Shown: one piece after another, positions 38,250-48,230 of the stretch
Position numbering within the stretch: the stretch's first letter is position 1
Layout of the letters: each line of letters starts with the position of its first letter
NCBI GenBank assembly: GCA_963808235.1
Contig: CAWEEQ010000004.1
Span: forward strand, 1,024,001 to 1,088,000
Direction of reading: 5' to 3'
DNA from: an uncultured delta proteobacterium
Lineage (GTDB): Bacteria; Desulfobacterota; Binatia; Binatales; Binataceae
Length of the DNA: 64,000 bases
Position numbers and translations under genes: made by a program
Notes under the pieces: model-generated
What the model saw: only the letters and a program-made list of their open reading frames with translations
What the model was told of the DNA's origin: nothing
Database searches by the model: none

Positions 38250-40004
38250 TCAGTACCGGGTCAATTCCTCTTCGAGCAACTGGCGGCGGAACAACTCAGC
38301 GTAGATTCCGTGCCGGCCCATCAGCTCCTCATGGGTGCCGCGCTCCGCAATCTCTCCGTCTTCGAGCACGACTATCTGATCGGAATCGCGCACCGTGGAC
38401 GCGCGATGCGCCACCACGATGGTCGTGCGCCCCTGCACACTTTGCTCCAGGCTCTCCAGCACCGCCTTCTCGGTTTCGGTATCGACGCTCGAAAGCGCGT
38501 CGTCCAGCACCACGATTGCGGGGTTGTAGGCGAGCAGTCTCGCGATAGTCACGCGTTGCTTCTGTCCGCCGGAGAGCGACATTCCGCGTTCGCCGACAAT
38601 CGTGTCGTAGCCGTGCGCCAGCGTCGCGATGTCCGGTTCAAGGCCTGCGATCTGTGCCGCCTGCTGAATGTCGCTCGGTTCGGCGTCAACTTTGCCGAAC
38701 GCGATGTTGCGCGCGAGCGTATCGGAAAAAAGCGTAGGCTCCTGCGGGACCATCCCGACCGTCCGCCGCAACGCGCCCAGCGGCAACTCGTGAACGTCGC
38801 GGCCGTCGAGCATCACGCGTCCCTCAGTCGGTTGGAGCAGACGGACGAGCAGCTTCACCATCGTGGATTTTCCCGATCCGGTGCGGCCCACGATCGCCAA
38901 CTTCTCGCCTGCGCCCACCTTCACGTTGATGTTCTTGAGCGCGTAGGGAATTTTGCCATTGCTTCCATCGCCGTCGCCCGCGAAATAGCTGAACGAAACG
39001 TTTTTCCATTCGATCGCGCCGTTCACCACCAGCTTAAGGTCGCTTCCCGCGATGCTGTCTGCGCCGCGCGCGTCGAAGATCTCGTCGAGCCGTTTCATCG
39101 ACGCTTTGCCGCGCTGATATATGGAGAGCATCCAGCCGAGCGAAATCGTCGGCCACGCGAGTTGTCCTAGGTAGCTTAGAAACGCAACCAGCGAGCCGAG
39201 CGACAAGCGCCCATTGATCACCAATGACCCGCCGTATATCAGCACGATCATGGTCGCGCATGCCGACGCGCCGCGGATCATCGGCATCATCGCGCCGCGC
39301 GTCCGCGCCAGCGCCAGCCCCGATTCGTTGTAGGTGTCGTTGATCTTGCGGAACAGTCCCGCCTCGTGCTCTTCGAGCGTGTAGGCTTTTACGACGTGGA
39401 TGCCCGCCAGGCTCTCCTGGACTTTCGCGCCAATCGCGGCGAGGCCTTCCTGGACCTTCAGACTGCGCACCATCATCGCGCGCATCAAAAAAAAGCGGAT
39501 ACCGACAAAGAGCACCAGGTACGGAATGATCGCGAAGAAGGTAAGGCGCCCGTTGAGCGAAGTCATGAATATGAGCGCGAGACCATATATCAGAGGCGTG
39601 TTCGCGATCGTCAACACGAACATCCCGACCATCATTCGCACCGCCGCCAGGTCGTTGATCATCCGCGACATCAGGTCGCCGGTCTTGAAGCGCTGGTAGA
39701 AATCGGCGTTGAGGGTGGTCAGATGCTCGAACAGATCGTTGCGTAGATCGTATTCGATGTCGCGCCCGATATTGAAAATGACGAATCGCGAGAACCATCG
39801 CACGATTCCCAAAACGACCGCGAAGGCGATCATCAGTTCGCTGTAGTACACGACGCGGTCCATACGGTCGGCGCTCATCGCATTGATCGCGTTGCGCAGA
39901 AAGAGCGGGATGACCATAGCGAGCGTCCCGGTTGCGAACGTGCACCCGATTCCGAACGCGTAACGCAGCCAGTAGCGGCGCATGTAGGACAGCAGTCGTT
40001 TCAT
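38250..40004 (-). CDS. ABC exporter ATP-binding/permease (MdlA-like)
   Basis: TGDLMSR, GRTGSGKS, LSGGQKQR and LDDALS; heterodimer partner of the adjacent gene. Confidence 0.93.
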   Translation of the reverse strand: MKRLLSYMRRYWLRYAFGIGCTFATGTLAMVIPLFLRNAINAMSADRMDRVVYYSELMIAFAVVLGIVRWFSRFVIFNIGRDIEYDLRNDLFEHLTTLNADFYQRFKTGDLMSRMINDLAAVRMMVGMFVLTIANTPLIYGLALIFMTSLNGRLTFFAIIPYLVLFVGIRFFLMRAMMVRSLKVQEGLAAIGAKVQESLAGIHVVKAYTLEEHEAGLFRKINDTYNESGLALARTRGAMMPMIRGASACATMIVLIYGGSLVINGRLSLGSLVAFLSYLGQLAWPTISLGWMLSIYQRGKASMKRLDEIFDARGADSIAGSDLKLVVNGAIEWKNVSFSYFAGDGDGSNGKIPYALKNINVKVGAGEKLAIVGRTGSGKSTMVKLLVRLLQPTEGRVMLDGRDVHELPLGALRRTVGMVPQEPTLFSDTLARNIAFGKVDAEPSDIQQAAQIAGLEPDIATLAHGYDTIVGERGMSLSGGQKQRVTIARLLAYNPAIVVLDDALSSVDTETEKAVLESLEQSVQGRTTIVVAHRASTVRDSDQIVVLEDGEIAERGTHEELMGRHGIYAELFRRQLLEEELTRY

Positions 40005-40051
40005 GGGCAGTGCACTAAACTATCAGGTCTGACGCGCGAGAAAAGACTGGC

Positions 40052-40813
40052 TCAAAGCGCATCGCGCGATTTCAGCCGGCGTTCGTAGAGCTTCGCGTAT
40101 TTCAAAAATACATAGAACGCCGCCGCCATCGAAGCGTACAAACCGCGGCCGCCGTCGCGAAAGCCGCCGCGAATAAAATAAAAATTGAAAAAGCGCCAGC
40201 ACGGATTTGCGAACATCTTGAACGCGGTCATCGCCGTCGGCTCCTGCTCCAATGCGGCGCGCGAGCTGAAGCGGTTCATCGTAGCGACGTGATCTGAGAT
40301 GTCTCGATAGCTGAAGTGCAGGATCGGATGATCGAGACGCTCGACGCGTCCTTCGACCACCACCTTGTCGTGAGGATCGCGGCCGCCGATATGCCCACGA
40401 TCGCGCCGGAACAATCGCACCGGCGTGTCGGGATAAATGTTGTGCGCGTAGTAGTGGCCGAGGTGATAAAGGATGCGCCGAATCCGGTAGCCGTCGGCCG
40501 GCGCCGGCGACGATACCGCGCGAATGATTTCCTCGCCCAGATCGTGCGTCGCCTGCTCGTCGGCATCCATCAGCAGCACCCAGTCGCCGGTTGCGCGATC
40601 GAGCGCCATCTGCTTCTGCATCACATAGTTGGTGAACTCGTGCTGAATGACGTTGGCGCCGAGGTCGCGCACGATGTCGACGGTCTTATCGGTCGAAAAC
40701 GAATCGATCACGATCTTCTCGTCGCAGAACCACGCGCTCTTCAAGCACTGGCCGATCAGCGCTTCTTCATCGCGAGTGATCGTGATCAGCGAAATCTTTG
40801 GACGGTCGGGCAT
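40052..40813 (-). CDS. Glycosyltransferase family 2 (LPS beta-1,4-glucosyltransferase-like)
   Basis: IDSFSTDKT, MDADE, RLFRR, HFSY and GFRDG. Confidence 0.88.
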   Translation of the reverse strand: MPDRPKISLITITRDEEALIGQCLKSAWFCDEKIVIDSFSTDKTVDIVRDLGANVIQHEFTNYVMQKQMALDRATGDWVLLMDADEQATHDLGEEIIRAVSSPAPADGYRIRRILYHLGHYYAHNIYPDTPVRLFRRDRGHIGGRDPHDKVVVEGRVERLDHPILHFSYRDISDHVATMNRFSSRAALEQEPTAMTAFKMFANPCWRFFNFYFIRGGFRDGGRGLYASMAAAFYVFLKYAKLYERRLKSRDAL

Positions 40814-40817
40814 CGGC

Positions 40818-41904
40818 TCAAACGCGCGTTGCTCCTTCGGGCGAGACGGTTTGCTTCGGACGATCCAGCTCCTCGATGACCTTCGCCGCGATCGACTGGA
40901 ATACGATGCTCACCGGATGCGTTGGGTTCGCCGCAACGATCGGACTCGCCTCATCGCCGCCCTCGCGAAGTTCGCGCACCAGTGGCAGCTCGCCCAGAAA
41001 CGGAACCCCGAGCGACTGCGCAAGCCGCTCGCCGCCGCCGTGCGCGAAAATTTCGTGGCGATGATTGCACTTGCGGCACTGGTAATAGCTCATGTTCTCG
41101 ACCACGCCGAGCACCGGCACGTGAACTTCCTCGAACATCGCAACTCCGCGCTTAACGTCGAGTAGCGCAATTTCCTGCGGCGTCGTTACGATCACTCCAC
41201 CGGCCAGCGACACCCGCTGCGTGATCGTCAACTGCGCGTCGCCGGTCCCCGGTGGCAGGTCGAGCACCAGGCAATCCAGCTCGCCCCATTCGACGTTGAA
41301 CAGGAACTCGGTCTCAAGCTTTGTGACCATCGGCCCGCGCCAGATGATCGCCGTCTCATCGTTGACGAACAGCGCCATCGAGATGTACCTGATGCCGAAA
41401 CGCTCGAGTGGAATGATCCGGCGCTCGGGCGTGAGCGTGACCGCCTTCTCGACGCCCGACCATCATCGCGACGCTCGGGCCGTAGACGTCTGCGTCCATC
41501 AAGCCGATCCGCCATCCGAGCGCACGCATCGCAAGCGCGAGATTCACCGCAACCGTCGACTTGCCGACTCCGCCCTTGCCGCTGGCGACTGCGACTATAT
41601 GCTTGACGCCGGCAATCGCTCGAGGTCCCGACATCGCGCCGGCCGCTTTGGGAGCCGTTTGCGAAGCCTGCTCGATCGCGACGTTGACCGCCGGCACGTT
41701 CGCCATCGCGCTCACTACCTGCTTGACCTCGGCAACGATTTTCTCGACGACATCCGGCTTCGCAGACGCAATCGTGAGCGTGACCGTGACGCTCGCATAG
41801 GCAACTTCGATATCTTTCACGATACCGAACGACACGATGTCGCGGGTGAAGCCCGGATACTTTACTTTCTTGAGCTCGGCGAGAATTTCATTGGGACTCG
41901 GCAT
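40818..41904 (-). CDS. mrp: Mrp/ApbC Fe-S carrier ATPase, with apparent +1 frameshift at ~41455
   Basis: [41 protein letters not shown] and CxxC. Removing one G joins the two ORFs (VGVEKAVT), giving about 361 aa. Confidence 0.92.
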
Positions 41905-42037
41905 CGTGCGGATTGGACCTGGCGTCTTTCGGTTTGGATGTGGCCGCGTTATGAAAGCCTGCGGCTCATGTTATCATTCCGGAACCTCCGGAAAAACGAC
42001 GCTCGGAGTCGTCGGGAAATCTATATCGAGTGAGAAA

Positions 42038-43924
42038 GTGAGAAAAGCCGGCACCAGCGCACGCGCGTACCCGCGAATCCGCTTCAGCAATCGCGATGGT
42101 GAAGTAGCGAATCTCTGTGCTCGCGACCTGACCAGCGGACTTGCCGCGATGCTTGGACGCTCGATCGAGGCATCCGCCGAGGCGTCGCTGGATCGTACGG
42201 AAATCGTGATCGATCTGGGCGACGGCGCCGAATCGGCGCATCCGGAACGTCACGCACTCGAAGGCGACAGCTACGAAGTCTCGCGGCAGGGCGGCGAGTC
42301 CGGATCGATCGCGATCAGATCGGGCACAGAGCGAGGACTTATTCGCGCCGGCACTGATTTGCTCGAAAAGCTCGGCGCCCGATTCGCTCCAGGTGTCGAT
42401 CCGGTGTATCGGCATATCGAAGCTCGGCAGTTCGCCGCCATCGAACCCTTTCGCGTCACGCCCGCGTTCAAGCGCCGCGCCTTCGTGTCCGACATCATGA
42501 CCTGGAACTACAATTTCCCCGACCGCCTCGAATTGCATCTTCGCCACGATCGCGAATTCATCCCCTGGATGGCCCGCCGCGGCATCAACGCCTTCTCCTA
42601 CATCCGCCACGCTCACGACACCCGCCTCAAGATTGACGAGCTCGCGCCCCTGTTCCGCGAGCGCGGAATCAGCGCCGAGTACGGCGGCCACGTCCTCCAA
42701 CTCCTTCTTCCGCGCGATCGCTTCGACACGAATCCCGATTTTTTCCCCGCCGACGAGAACGGCGCGCGTATGCCCCAGGGAAATCTGTGCGTATCAAATC
42801 GTGAGGCACTCGCGATTGTCTGCGAGGGTTCGCTCGCCTACGTGCGCGAGCATCCCGAAAATGAGCTGCTCCACGTCTGGGGTGCCGACGTCCGCAAAGG
42901 CGCGTGGTGCCGATGCGCTCAGTGCCGCGAACTCGCGCCGCAGATCCAATATATGGATGTCGTCAATGCGATCGCCGCGAAACTCGCCGACGCCGACGCG
43001 CCGCCGGTCGCGTACCTCGCCTATCACGACACCATCGATCCGCACCCCGGCTTGAAGCCGCTTCCGAACGTATCGGTCGAATGGGCCCCGCGCGAGCGAT
43101 GCTACAGCCACGCGATTGACGACTCCTCGTGTGAGGTCAACCCGCGCTACCTCGAGTCGCTGAAGCGTTACATCGAAACCTTCGACGGCCGCGCTCACGT
43201 CTTCGAGTACTACGCCGACGCGATCCTGTTCGGCGGCCTCAGCTTCGCAACGCCAGCGGTCGTCGTGCGCGATCTTCGCGCATATCGCGCGCTCGGCATC
43301 ACCAGCATTTCGTGCCTCACCTTCGGCGCCTACAGCGTGATGGCCTATCCCGTGAACCTCGAGGCATTCGTGCGCGCGTCGATCAATCCCAACTTCGAGC
43401 CCGACGCTGCTTCGACCGAGACTGCCGCGGGACGCCATCCGCGATGCTCTCCTGAAATGACCACGGCGTACCGCGCAGTCGAGCGCGCGTCGAAGCTATG
43501 CCTCGACTATGCCGATGTGATGGCGTTCGTGATGCCGCCCGACAAGGCGGCGCGCAAGCGCGACGAGCTCCGCGAGGCGGCTCTGACATTCAACGAGGCT
43601 ATTGCGGCGGCCGATCAGATCGCGCCGAATCTCGACACTCCGCTCGCCGACGCTGAGAAAGAGCTCTGGCGCTACAGCAGTGACGTGCTCTCAGGCCTCT
43701 CCGAATATCTGGCCGCGCGCGAAGACCACACGGACAGGCGTGTCGCGCGCGGCGAGGCCGCGATCGCAAAAGTCAACGCCGCAATCGACCACATCCGCAA
43801 AATCGATCTCGAAATTAAGGGAACCTGGGGCGCGTACGATCTCGAATGGATCCGCGAGATGTGGCTCAACGCGCTCCGACGCGGCCTCGATGGCGCGGCA
43901 AAACCTGCGGAGGCACTATTCTGA
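42038..43924 (+). CDS. DUF4838-like (GH20-like fold) protein
   Basis: P.FKRRA, GGH, PDFFP...G.R...NLCVSN, WCRCAQC, LAYHDT and FEYY; start uncertain. Confidence 0.65.
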   Translation: MRKAGTSARAYPRIRFSNRDGEVANLCARDLTSGLAAMLGRSIEASAEASLDRTEIVIDLGDGAESAHPERHALEGDSYEVSRQGGESGSIAIRSGTERGLIRAGTDLLEKLGARFAPGVDPVYRHIEARQFAAIEPFRVTPAFKRRAFVSDIMTWNYNFPDRLELHLRHDREFIPWMARRGINAFSYIRHAHDTRLKIDELAPLFRERGISAEYGGHVLQLLLPRDRFDTNPDFFPADENGARMPQGNLCVSNREALAIVCEGSLAYVREHPENELLHVWGADVRKGAWCRCAQCRELAPQIQYMDVVNAIAAKLADADAPPVAYLAYHDTIDPHPGLKPLPNVSVEWAPRERCYSHAIDDSSCEVNPRYLESLKRYIETFDGRAHVFEYYADAILFGGLSFATPAVVVRDLRAYRALGITSISCLTFGAYSVMAYPVNLEAFVRASINPNFEPDAASTETAAGRHPRCSPEMTTAYRAVERASKLCLDYADVMAFVMPPDKAARKRDELREAALTFNEAIAAADQIAPNLDTPLADAEKELWRYSSDVLSGLSEYLAAREDHTDRRVARGEAAIAKVNAAIDHIRKIDLEIKGTWGAYDLEWIREMWLNALRRGLDGAAKPAEALF

Positions 43925-45081
43925 TGGACACCGGATTCGTATTGTCGCCGGAGCTCGCCGCGCTGCGCGATCAGGTCGGAAAAATAATCCGCGAGGAAAT
44001 TATTCCGATCGAAGCGCGCATCGATCCCGACGCCCCCGAAATCCCCGAGAACGAATACTGGGCGATCGCCCGCAAGATGCAGGCCGCCGGGATGTGGTGC
44101 ATGGGTGCGCCGCGCGAGTACGGCGGCGGCGGCCTCGGCACCTTCGACATGTGCGTCCTCACCGAAGAAATGGCGCAGCATCGGATGGGCCTCTACAACC
44201 CCGGATGCGGCGTTTTCGGGCGCACGCCGCCGCCGGTGATTTACGCCGGCACCGACGAGCAGAAGCGCACTTATGCCGGCGGGACGATCAAAAATGCGTG
44301 GCACACGTTCTTTGCGATCACCGAGCCGTCGGGCGGCTCCGATCCCGCCGGCGCGATCCAGTGTCGCGCCGTCCGCCAGGGCGATACCTACGTCCTGAAC
44401 GGGACCAAGATTTTTATCTCGCACGCGCACGAAGCAGAGTGGGGCGTCGTTTTCACCCGCACCGATCCCAAGGCCGGCCGCAAAGGCATCACCTGCTTCA
44501 TCATCAAGAAGGGCGCCGCTGGATTTACCCCGCGTCCAATTCGCACGCTCAGGACTTCGGCCGTTCCCAACGAAGTACAGTTCGAAGATTGCATCGTTCC
44601 GATTGAGCAACGTCTCGGTCCCGAGGGCGAAGGCTTGAATCTATGCCTCGATCTCCTGACCCGCCTCCGTTTCCCATATTCAGCATGCAATGTCGGCGTC
44701 GGTGTCGCCGCGCTCAAGATGGCGATCGATCACTCCAAACAGCGCAGTACTTTTGGCGAGTTGCTCTCGAAGCGGCAGGCTATCCAGTGGATGCTCGCCG
44801 ACTCGGAAGTCGAGCTCCGTGCCGCGCGATGGCTCACGTGGGAGGGTGCGTGGAAGGCCGATCGCGGCGATGATTTCCGCACCGAGGCGTCGATCGCAAA
44901 GCTCTACTCGAGCGAGGTGCTGGGCCGGGTCATCGATCGCGCGGTGCAGATTCACGGCGGCTACGGCGTCAGCAAAGAGTTCCCGCTCGAGCGATGGTAT
45001 CGCGAGGCGCGCATCCGTCGAATCGGCGAAGGCCCCAGCGAAGTCCATCGCATGGTAATCGCCCGCTCGATCCTCAGATGA
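43924..45081 (+). CDS. Acyl-CoA dehydrogenase
   Basis: FAITEPSGGSD, LNGTKIFIS, RSTFG, QIHGGYG and IGEGPSEVHR. Confidence 0.95.
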   Translation: MDTGFVLSPELAALRDQVGKIIREEIIPIEARIDPDAPEIPENEYWAIARKMQAAGMWCMGAPREYGGGGLGTFDMCVLTEEMAQHRMGLYNPGCGVFGRTPPPVIYAGTDEQKRTYAGGTIKNAWHTFFAITEPSGGSDPAGAIQCRAVRQGDTYVLNGTKIFISHAHEAEWGVVFTRTDPKAGRKGITCFIIKKGAAGFTPRPIRTLRTSAVPNEVQFEDCIVPIEQRLGPEGEGLNLCLDLLTRLRFPYSACNVGVGVAALKMAIDHSKQRSTFGELLSKRQAIQWMLADSEVELRAARWLTWEGAWKADRGDDFRTEASIAKLYSSEVLGRVIDRAVQIHGGYGVSKEFPLERWYREARIRRIGEGPSEVHRMVIARSILR

Positions 45082-45121
45082 GCTCGTATATAAGGATGAT
45101 GGTCTTAGCAGGAGGCGCTCG

Positions 45122-46306
45122 ATGACTCTGCCGCTCGATAACATCCGCGTGATCGATCTCGGCCAGGTCTACGCGGCGCCGTACTGCACCCTGCAACTCG
45201 CCGCGATGGGCGCTGACATCATCAAGATCGAACCGCCGATCACCGGCGAAGTCCTCCGTCGCCCCGAGCTGCCGCCGGGCGGCGCCGGTTATTCGTTCCT
45301 GATGCTCAACGCCAACAAGCGCTCGGTAACGATCAATCTCAAAGACCGGCGCGGACAGGAAATCGTCCTCAAGCTGCTCGAGGACGCGGACGTCCTGGTC
45401 GAGAACTATCTCGACGGCGTGATGGAATCCTTCGGACTCGGCTACGACCAGATCGCCTCGCGATTTCCCCGGCTCATCTACGCGTCAGGCAAGGGCTACG
45501 GATCGAACAGCCGCTACGCGAAGCTCGGCTCGATGGACAATACGATCCAGGCCTCGTCGGGTTTTATCAGCGTCACCGGATTTCCTGATCAACCGGTGAA
45601 AACCTCGGCGACCTTTATCGATATGGGCACCGGCAGTCATCTGACCAGCGGAATTCTGGCGGCGCTGATTCATCGCGGCAAAACCGGGCGCGGACAGCAT
45701 GTAGAAGTCGCGATGCTCGACGTTGCGATCTCCGCACTCACCAGCGCGGTGGCGCCGGCCCTGCAAGGGATGAAGTTCAAGCGGCTCGGCAATCGTCACT
45801 GGGGCGCATGCCCGACCAACATCTATCCGGCGAGCGACGGCGAGATTTTGATCTTCTGCCTGACCGAGGCGCATTGGCGCACGCTCGCTAAACTGATGGG
45901 CCGCGAAGGGCTGATCGCCGACCCACGATGCAAGAATCACGGCGCGCGGCTTAAGATCGCCGACGAACTCGACGCGATCGTCGCCGACTGGACGCGTCCG
46001 CAGCCGCGCGACGCGATCGTCGACGGACTCATGGTGGCGGGAATTCCTTGCGCGCCGGTTCGCAGCGTCGAGGAAGTGATCGCAGATCCCGAAGTTGTGC
46101 AGCGCCGGATGCTCATCGACAGCGACTATCCGACGCGTGGCGCAATCAAGGTTTCCGGCACCCCGATCAAGCTTTCCGACGCGCGCGACTCGAGCCGCCC
46201 GCTCAAACGCCCGCCCGCGCTCGGCGAGCACACCGCCGAAGTGCTCGCATCGATCGGAATCGGCGCCGACGAACTCGAAAGCCTCAAACGCGACGGAGTC
46301 ATCTAA
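45122..46306 (+). CDS. CaiB/BaiF family III CoA transferase
   Basis: GADIIKIE, NANKRS, DVLVEN and PALGEHT. Confidence 0.93.
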   Translation: MTLPLDNIRVIDLGQVYAAPYCTLQLAAMGADIIKIEPPITGEVLRRPELPPGGAGYSFLMLNANKRSVTINLKDRRGQEIVLKLLEDADVLVENYLDGVMESFGLGYDQIASRFPRLIYASGKGYGSNSRYAKLGSMDNTIQASSGFISVTGFPDQPVKTSATFIDMGTGSHLTSGILAALIHRGKTGRGQHVEVAMLDVAISALTSAVAPALQGMKFKRLGNRHWGACPTNIYPASDGEILIFCLTEAHWRTLAKLMGREGLIADPRCKNHGARLKIADELDAIVADWTRPQPRDAIVDGLMVAGIPCAPVRSVEEVIADPEVVQRRMLIDSDYPTRGAIKVSGTPIKLSDARDSSRPLKRPPALGEHTAEVLASIGIGADELESLKRDGVI

Positions 46307-46405
46307 GAGTCTGTGAAAGCGTGAAAAAATTAGAAATTGCGCGGCGGTTCGCGATTGGTGATTGGCCTCGCATGATGTCTTCTTCTTGTGCTTTTCCCGT
46401 TTTCT

Positions 46406-46713
46406 GTCGTCCTGAGCGGAGTCTGCGGAGTCTAACGACCGGAGCCTGCCCTGAGTATTCTCGAAGGGCGAAGCGATTCTCTTTCTTTTCTTCTTTGTGT
46501 CATCCCGAGCGTAGCCGAGGGACCCCGGATCTTTTTCAATGCGCGCAACACCACACCTTGCCCGCACCTCCGACCCGCTCGCCCCGATGGAATCCTGATG
46601 CGCTTCCTCTCTCCGCCATCCACGCGCTCTTTTTGGTCATCCTGAGCGGAGTCTGCGGAGTCGAAGGACCGGAGCCTGCCCTGAGTATTCTCGAAGGGCG
46701 AAGCGATTCTCTT
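46406..46713. repeat. REP-like direct repeats: two 78-bp copies (46406-46483, 46636-46713) plus a shorter related unit (46499-46532)
   Basis: GTC(G/A)TCCTGAGCGGAGTCTGCGGAGTC...GCCTGCCCTGAGTATTCTCGAAGGGCGAAGCGATTCTCTT; 3 mismatches between the two copies by eye. Confidence 0.85.
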
Positions 46714-46740
46714 CTGAGCACAACTCTAAACGCGAGTCGG

Positions 46741-47406
46741 ATGCGACGCGCGCGGCTCAATTTCATCGCGCCGATGGCGCTCGCGATCTCGATCGCACTA
46801 TCGGCATGCGGCACCGTCGAACAAACGACGACCTACTATCCACTGAACAATCAAACCGTTCCGACCGGGAAGAACGCGCTCGACGTATCGCCCGCGAAAT
46901 TCACCGCCGACCTGGTCACGCCCGCGGGATTCAAGGTCAATACCAACGGCCAATACAAAACCGCGGAACAGCGGATCGCGGCGGCCGCTGCGATCGATCG
47001 CTACTGGAGCGAAGTCAGCAAGTGCGCGACCGGCGTCGTCGACGCACCGGGCGCCGACAATGCCGCGCAACTCATCTCCGAATTCCCAACTCATCTGTCG
47101 ATCGAAATCGCCAACACCTGGACGATGGTCGAAGGCCCGGCCACTCACCGCCGCATGCAGGCCTTCCCGTCGCTCGCCCGACCCGGCACCTGGTCCACAG
47201 CACGTCGCGAAGAAGACGAACTCTACATCCTGGTGGTCCCGGAACTGAACGGACTAGCCCCGCAGATGGCCGGCGAACTAAACCTCTGGCTCCGCAACCA
47301 AATCACCCTGATGAACAACCTGGCAACCACCTGCTCCTCAGTCCCCTGCATAAAATTCAGCTACAACAACACCCCAAGCCAAGCCTTCAACGAATGCGTC
47401 CAGTAG
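46741..47406 (+). CDS. Hypothetical lipoprotein
   Basis: MRRARLNFIAPMALAISIALSAC (lipobox); several Cys residues. Confidence 0.8.
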   Translation: MRRARLNFIAPMALAISIALSACGTVEQTTTYYPLNNQTVPTGKNALDVSPAKFTADLVTPAGFKVNTNGQYKTAEQRIAAAAAIDRYWSEVSKCATGVVDAPGADNAAQLISEFPTHLSIEIANTWTMVEGPATHRRMQAFPSLARPGTWSTARREEDELYILVVPELNGLAPQMAGELNLWLRNQITLMNNLATTCSSVPCIKFSYNNTPSQAFNECVQ

Positions 47407-47414
47407 AATTCCTA

Positions 47415-47556
47415 CCTCGCCCGTTACTCTACGGGAGAGGAGGCAGGCCGCCTCGCGGCCGGTAGGTGAGGGTTCTGCCGATCCGAAGCACTTGAGCGCC
47501 TCACACACACACTACGACGGTTCCCCTTCCCTCAAGGGAAGGGGTTAGGGGTTAGG
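47415..47556. repeat. REP-like palindromes of CCCTCTCCC/GGGAGAGGG type
   Basis: CCTCGCCCGT..ACGGGAGAGG...GGTGAGGG and CCCCTTCCCT-CA-AGGGAAGGGG followed by TTAGGGGTTAGG. Confidence 0.65.
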
Positions 47557-47592
47557 TTAGCCGGTACAAGTGCGACATGTATGAAGCCGGCC

Positions 47593-47633
47593 ACTTGCCG
47601 ATCGCAAGTATTCAAATGTATCCTCTTTGAATA
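47593..47633 (+). promoter_or_regulatory. TA operon promoter/operator
   Basis: TTGCCG-N18-TATCCT. Inverted repeats TATTCAAA-N9-TTTGAATA (47609-47633) and ACTTGC-N5-GCAAGT overlap it. Confidence 0.55.
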
Positions 47634-47893
47634 TGCCCACCGAAAAAACCACCACCGTCCGCATGGAAAGCCGCACCCTCAAACGCGTCGATGGTCTCGC
47701 CAATGCGATGAGCCGCTCGCGGGCATGGGTGATTAATCAGGCCGTCGAACGCTACCTCGACTATGAGGAATGGTTCGTCAGCGAGGTCAAGCAGGCGCTG
47801 AAGGAGGCCGAGCGCGGCCGCCTCCTGGATCACGAGACCGTGGCAAAACGATGGGAGCGCAAGCGTGCGGCTAAAGTGGACGCGCGCCGCTAA
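47633..47893 (+). CDS. CopG/RHH antitoxin
   Basis: TTTVRM...RVDGLA....RSRAWVINQAVERYL..EEWF. Confidence 0.9.
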   Translation: MPTEKTTTVRMESRTLKRVDGLANAMSRSRAWVINQAVERYLDYEEWFVSEVKQALKEAERGRLLDHETVAKRWERKRAAKVDARR

Positions 47894-48149
47894 CCGCGAC
47901 CTCGATTCGGTCGAGGAATATATCAGCGCCGACAACCCCCGCGCCGCCATCGACACAGTGCTCGAGATCATCCGCCACGTCGGGATGCTCGCCAATCATC
48001 CAGGCATCGGACGCCCCGGCCGCGTCGACGGCACCCGCGAGCTGATAATCGCCGGACTTCCGTACGTGGTCGCATACCTTCATCGCGGCGACACCGTCAC
48101 AGTGCTGCGAGTCCTGCACGCCGCGATGAAATGGCCGAAGCGGTTCTGA
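47865..48149 (+). CDS. RelE/ParE family toxin
   Basis: LKWTRAANRDL..YI..DNP.AA, GRPGRVDGTREL and VLRVLH. Confidence 0.92.
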   Translation: MRLKWTRAANRDLDSVEEYISADNPRAAIDTVLEIIRHVGMLANHPGIGRPGRVDGTRELIIAGLPYVVAYLHRGDTVTVLRVLHAAMKWPKRF

Positions 48150-48188
48150 CCCTTGCGCCGAGCCTCTAAGTCCGCGCCTTGAGTCATA

Positions 48189-48230
48189 TTGAAGTAGCGA
48201 AAGTACCCGTTGAAGTAGCGAAAGTACCCG
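48189..48230. repeat. Perfect 21-bp tandem duplication TTGAAGTAGCGAAAGTACCCG
   Basis: Copies at 48189-48209 and 48210-48230. Confidence 0.95.

Noticed and set aside
46048-46740. N-terminal 231 aa of the 452-aa ORF 46048..47406
   Set aside because: It overlaps the CoA transferase and reads through REP repeats; the real gene starts at the lipoprotein signal at 46741.
47545-47560. Telomere-like TTAGGG repeats
   Set aside because: Only 2-3 degenerate units, forming the tail of a REP-like palindrome.
46406-48230. CRISPR array
   Set aside because: Only two copies of each repeat, with wrong lengths and spacing, and no cas genes.
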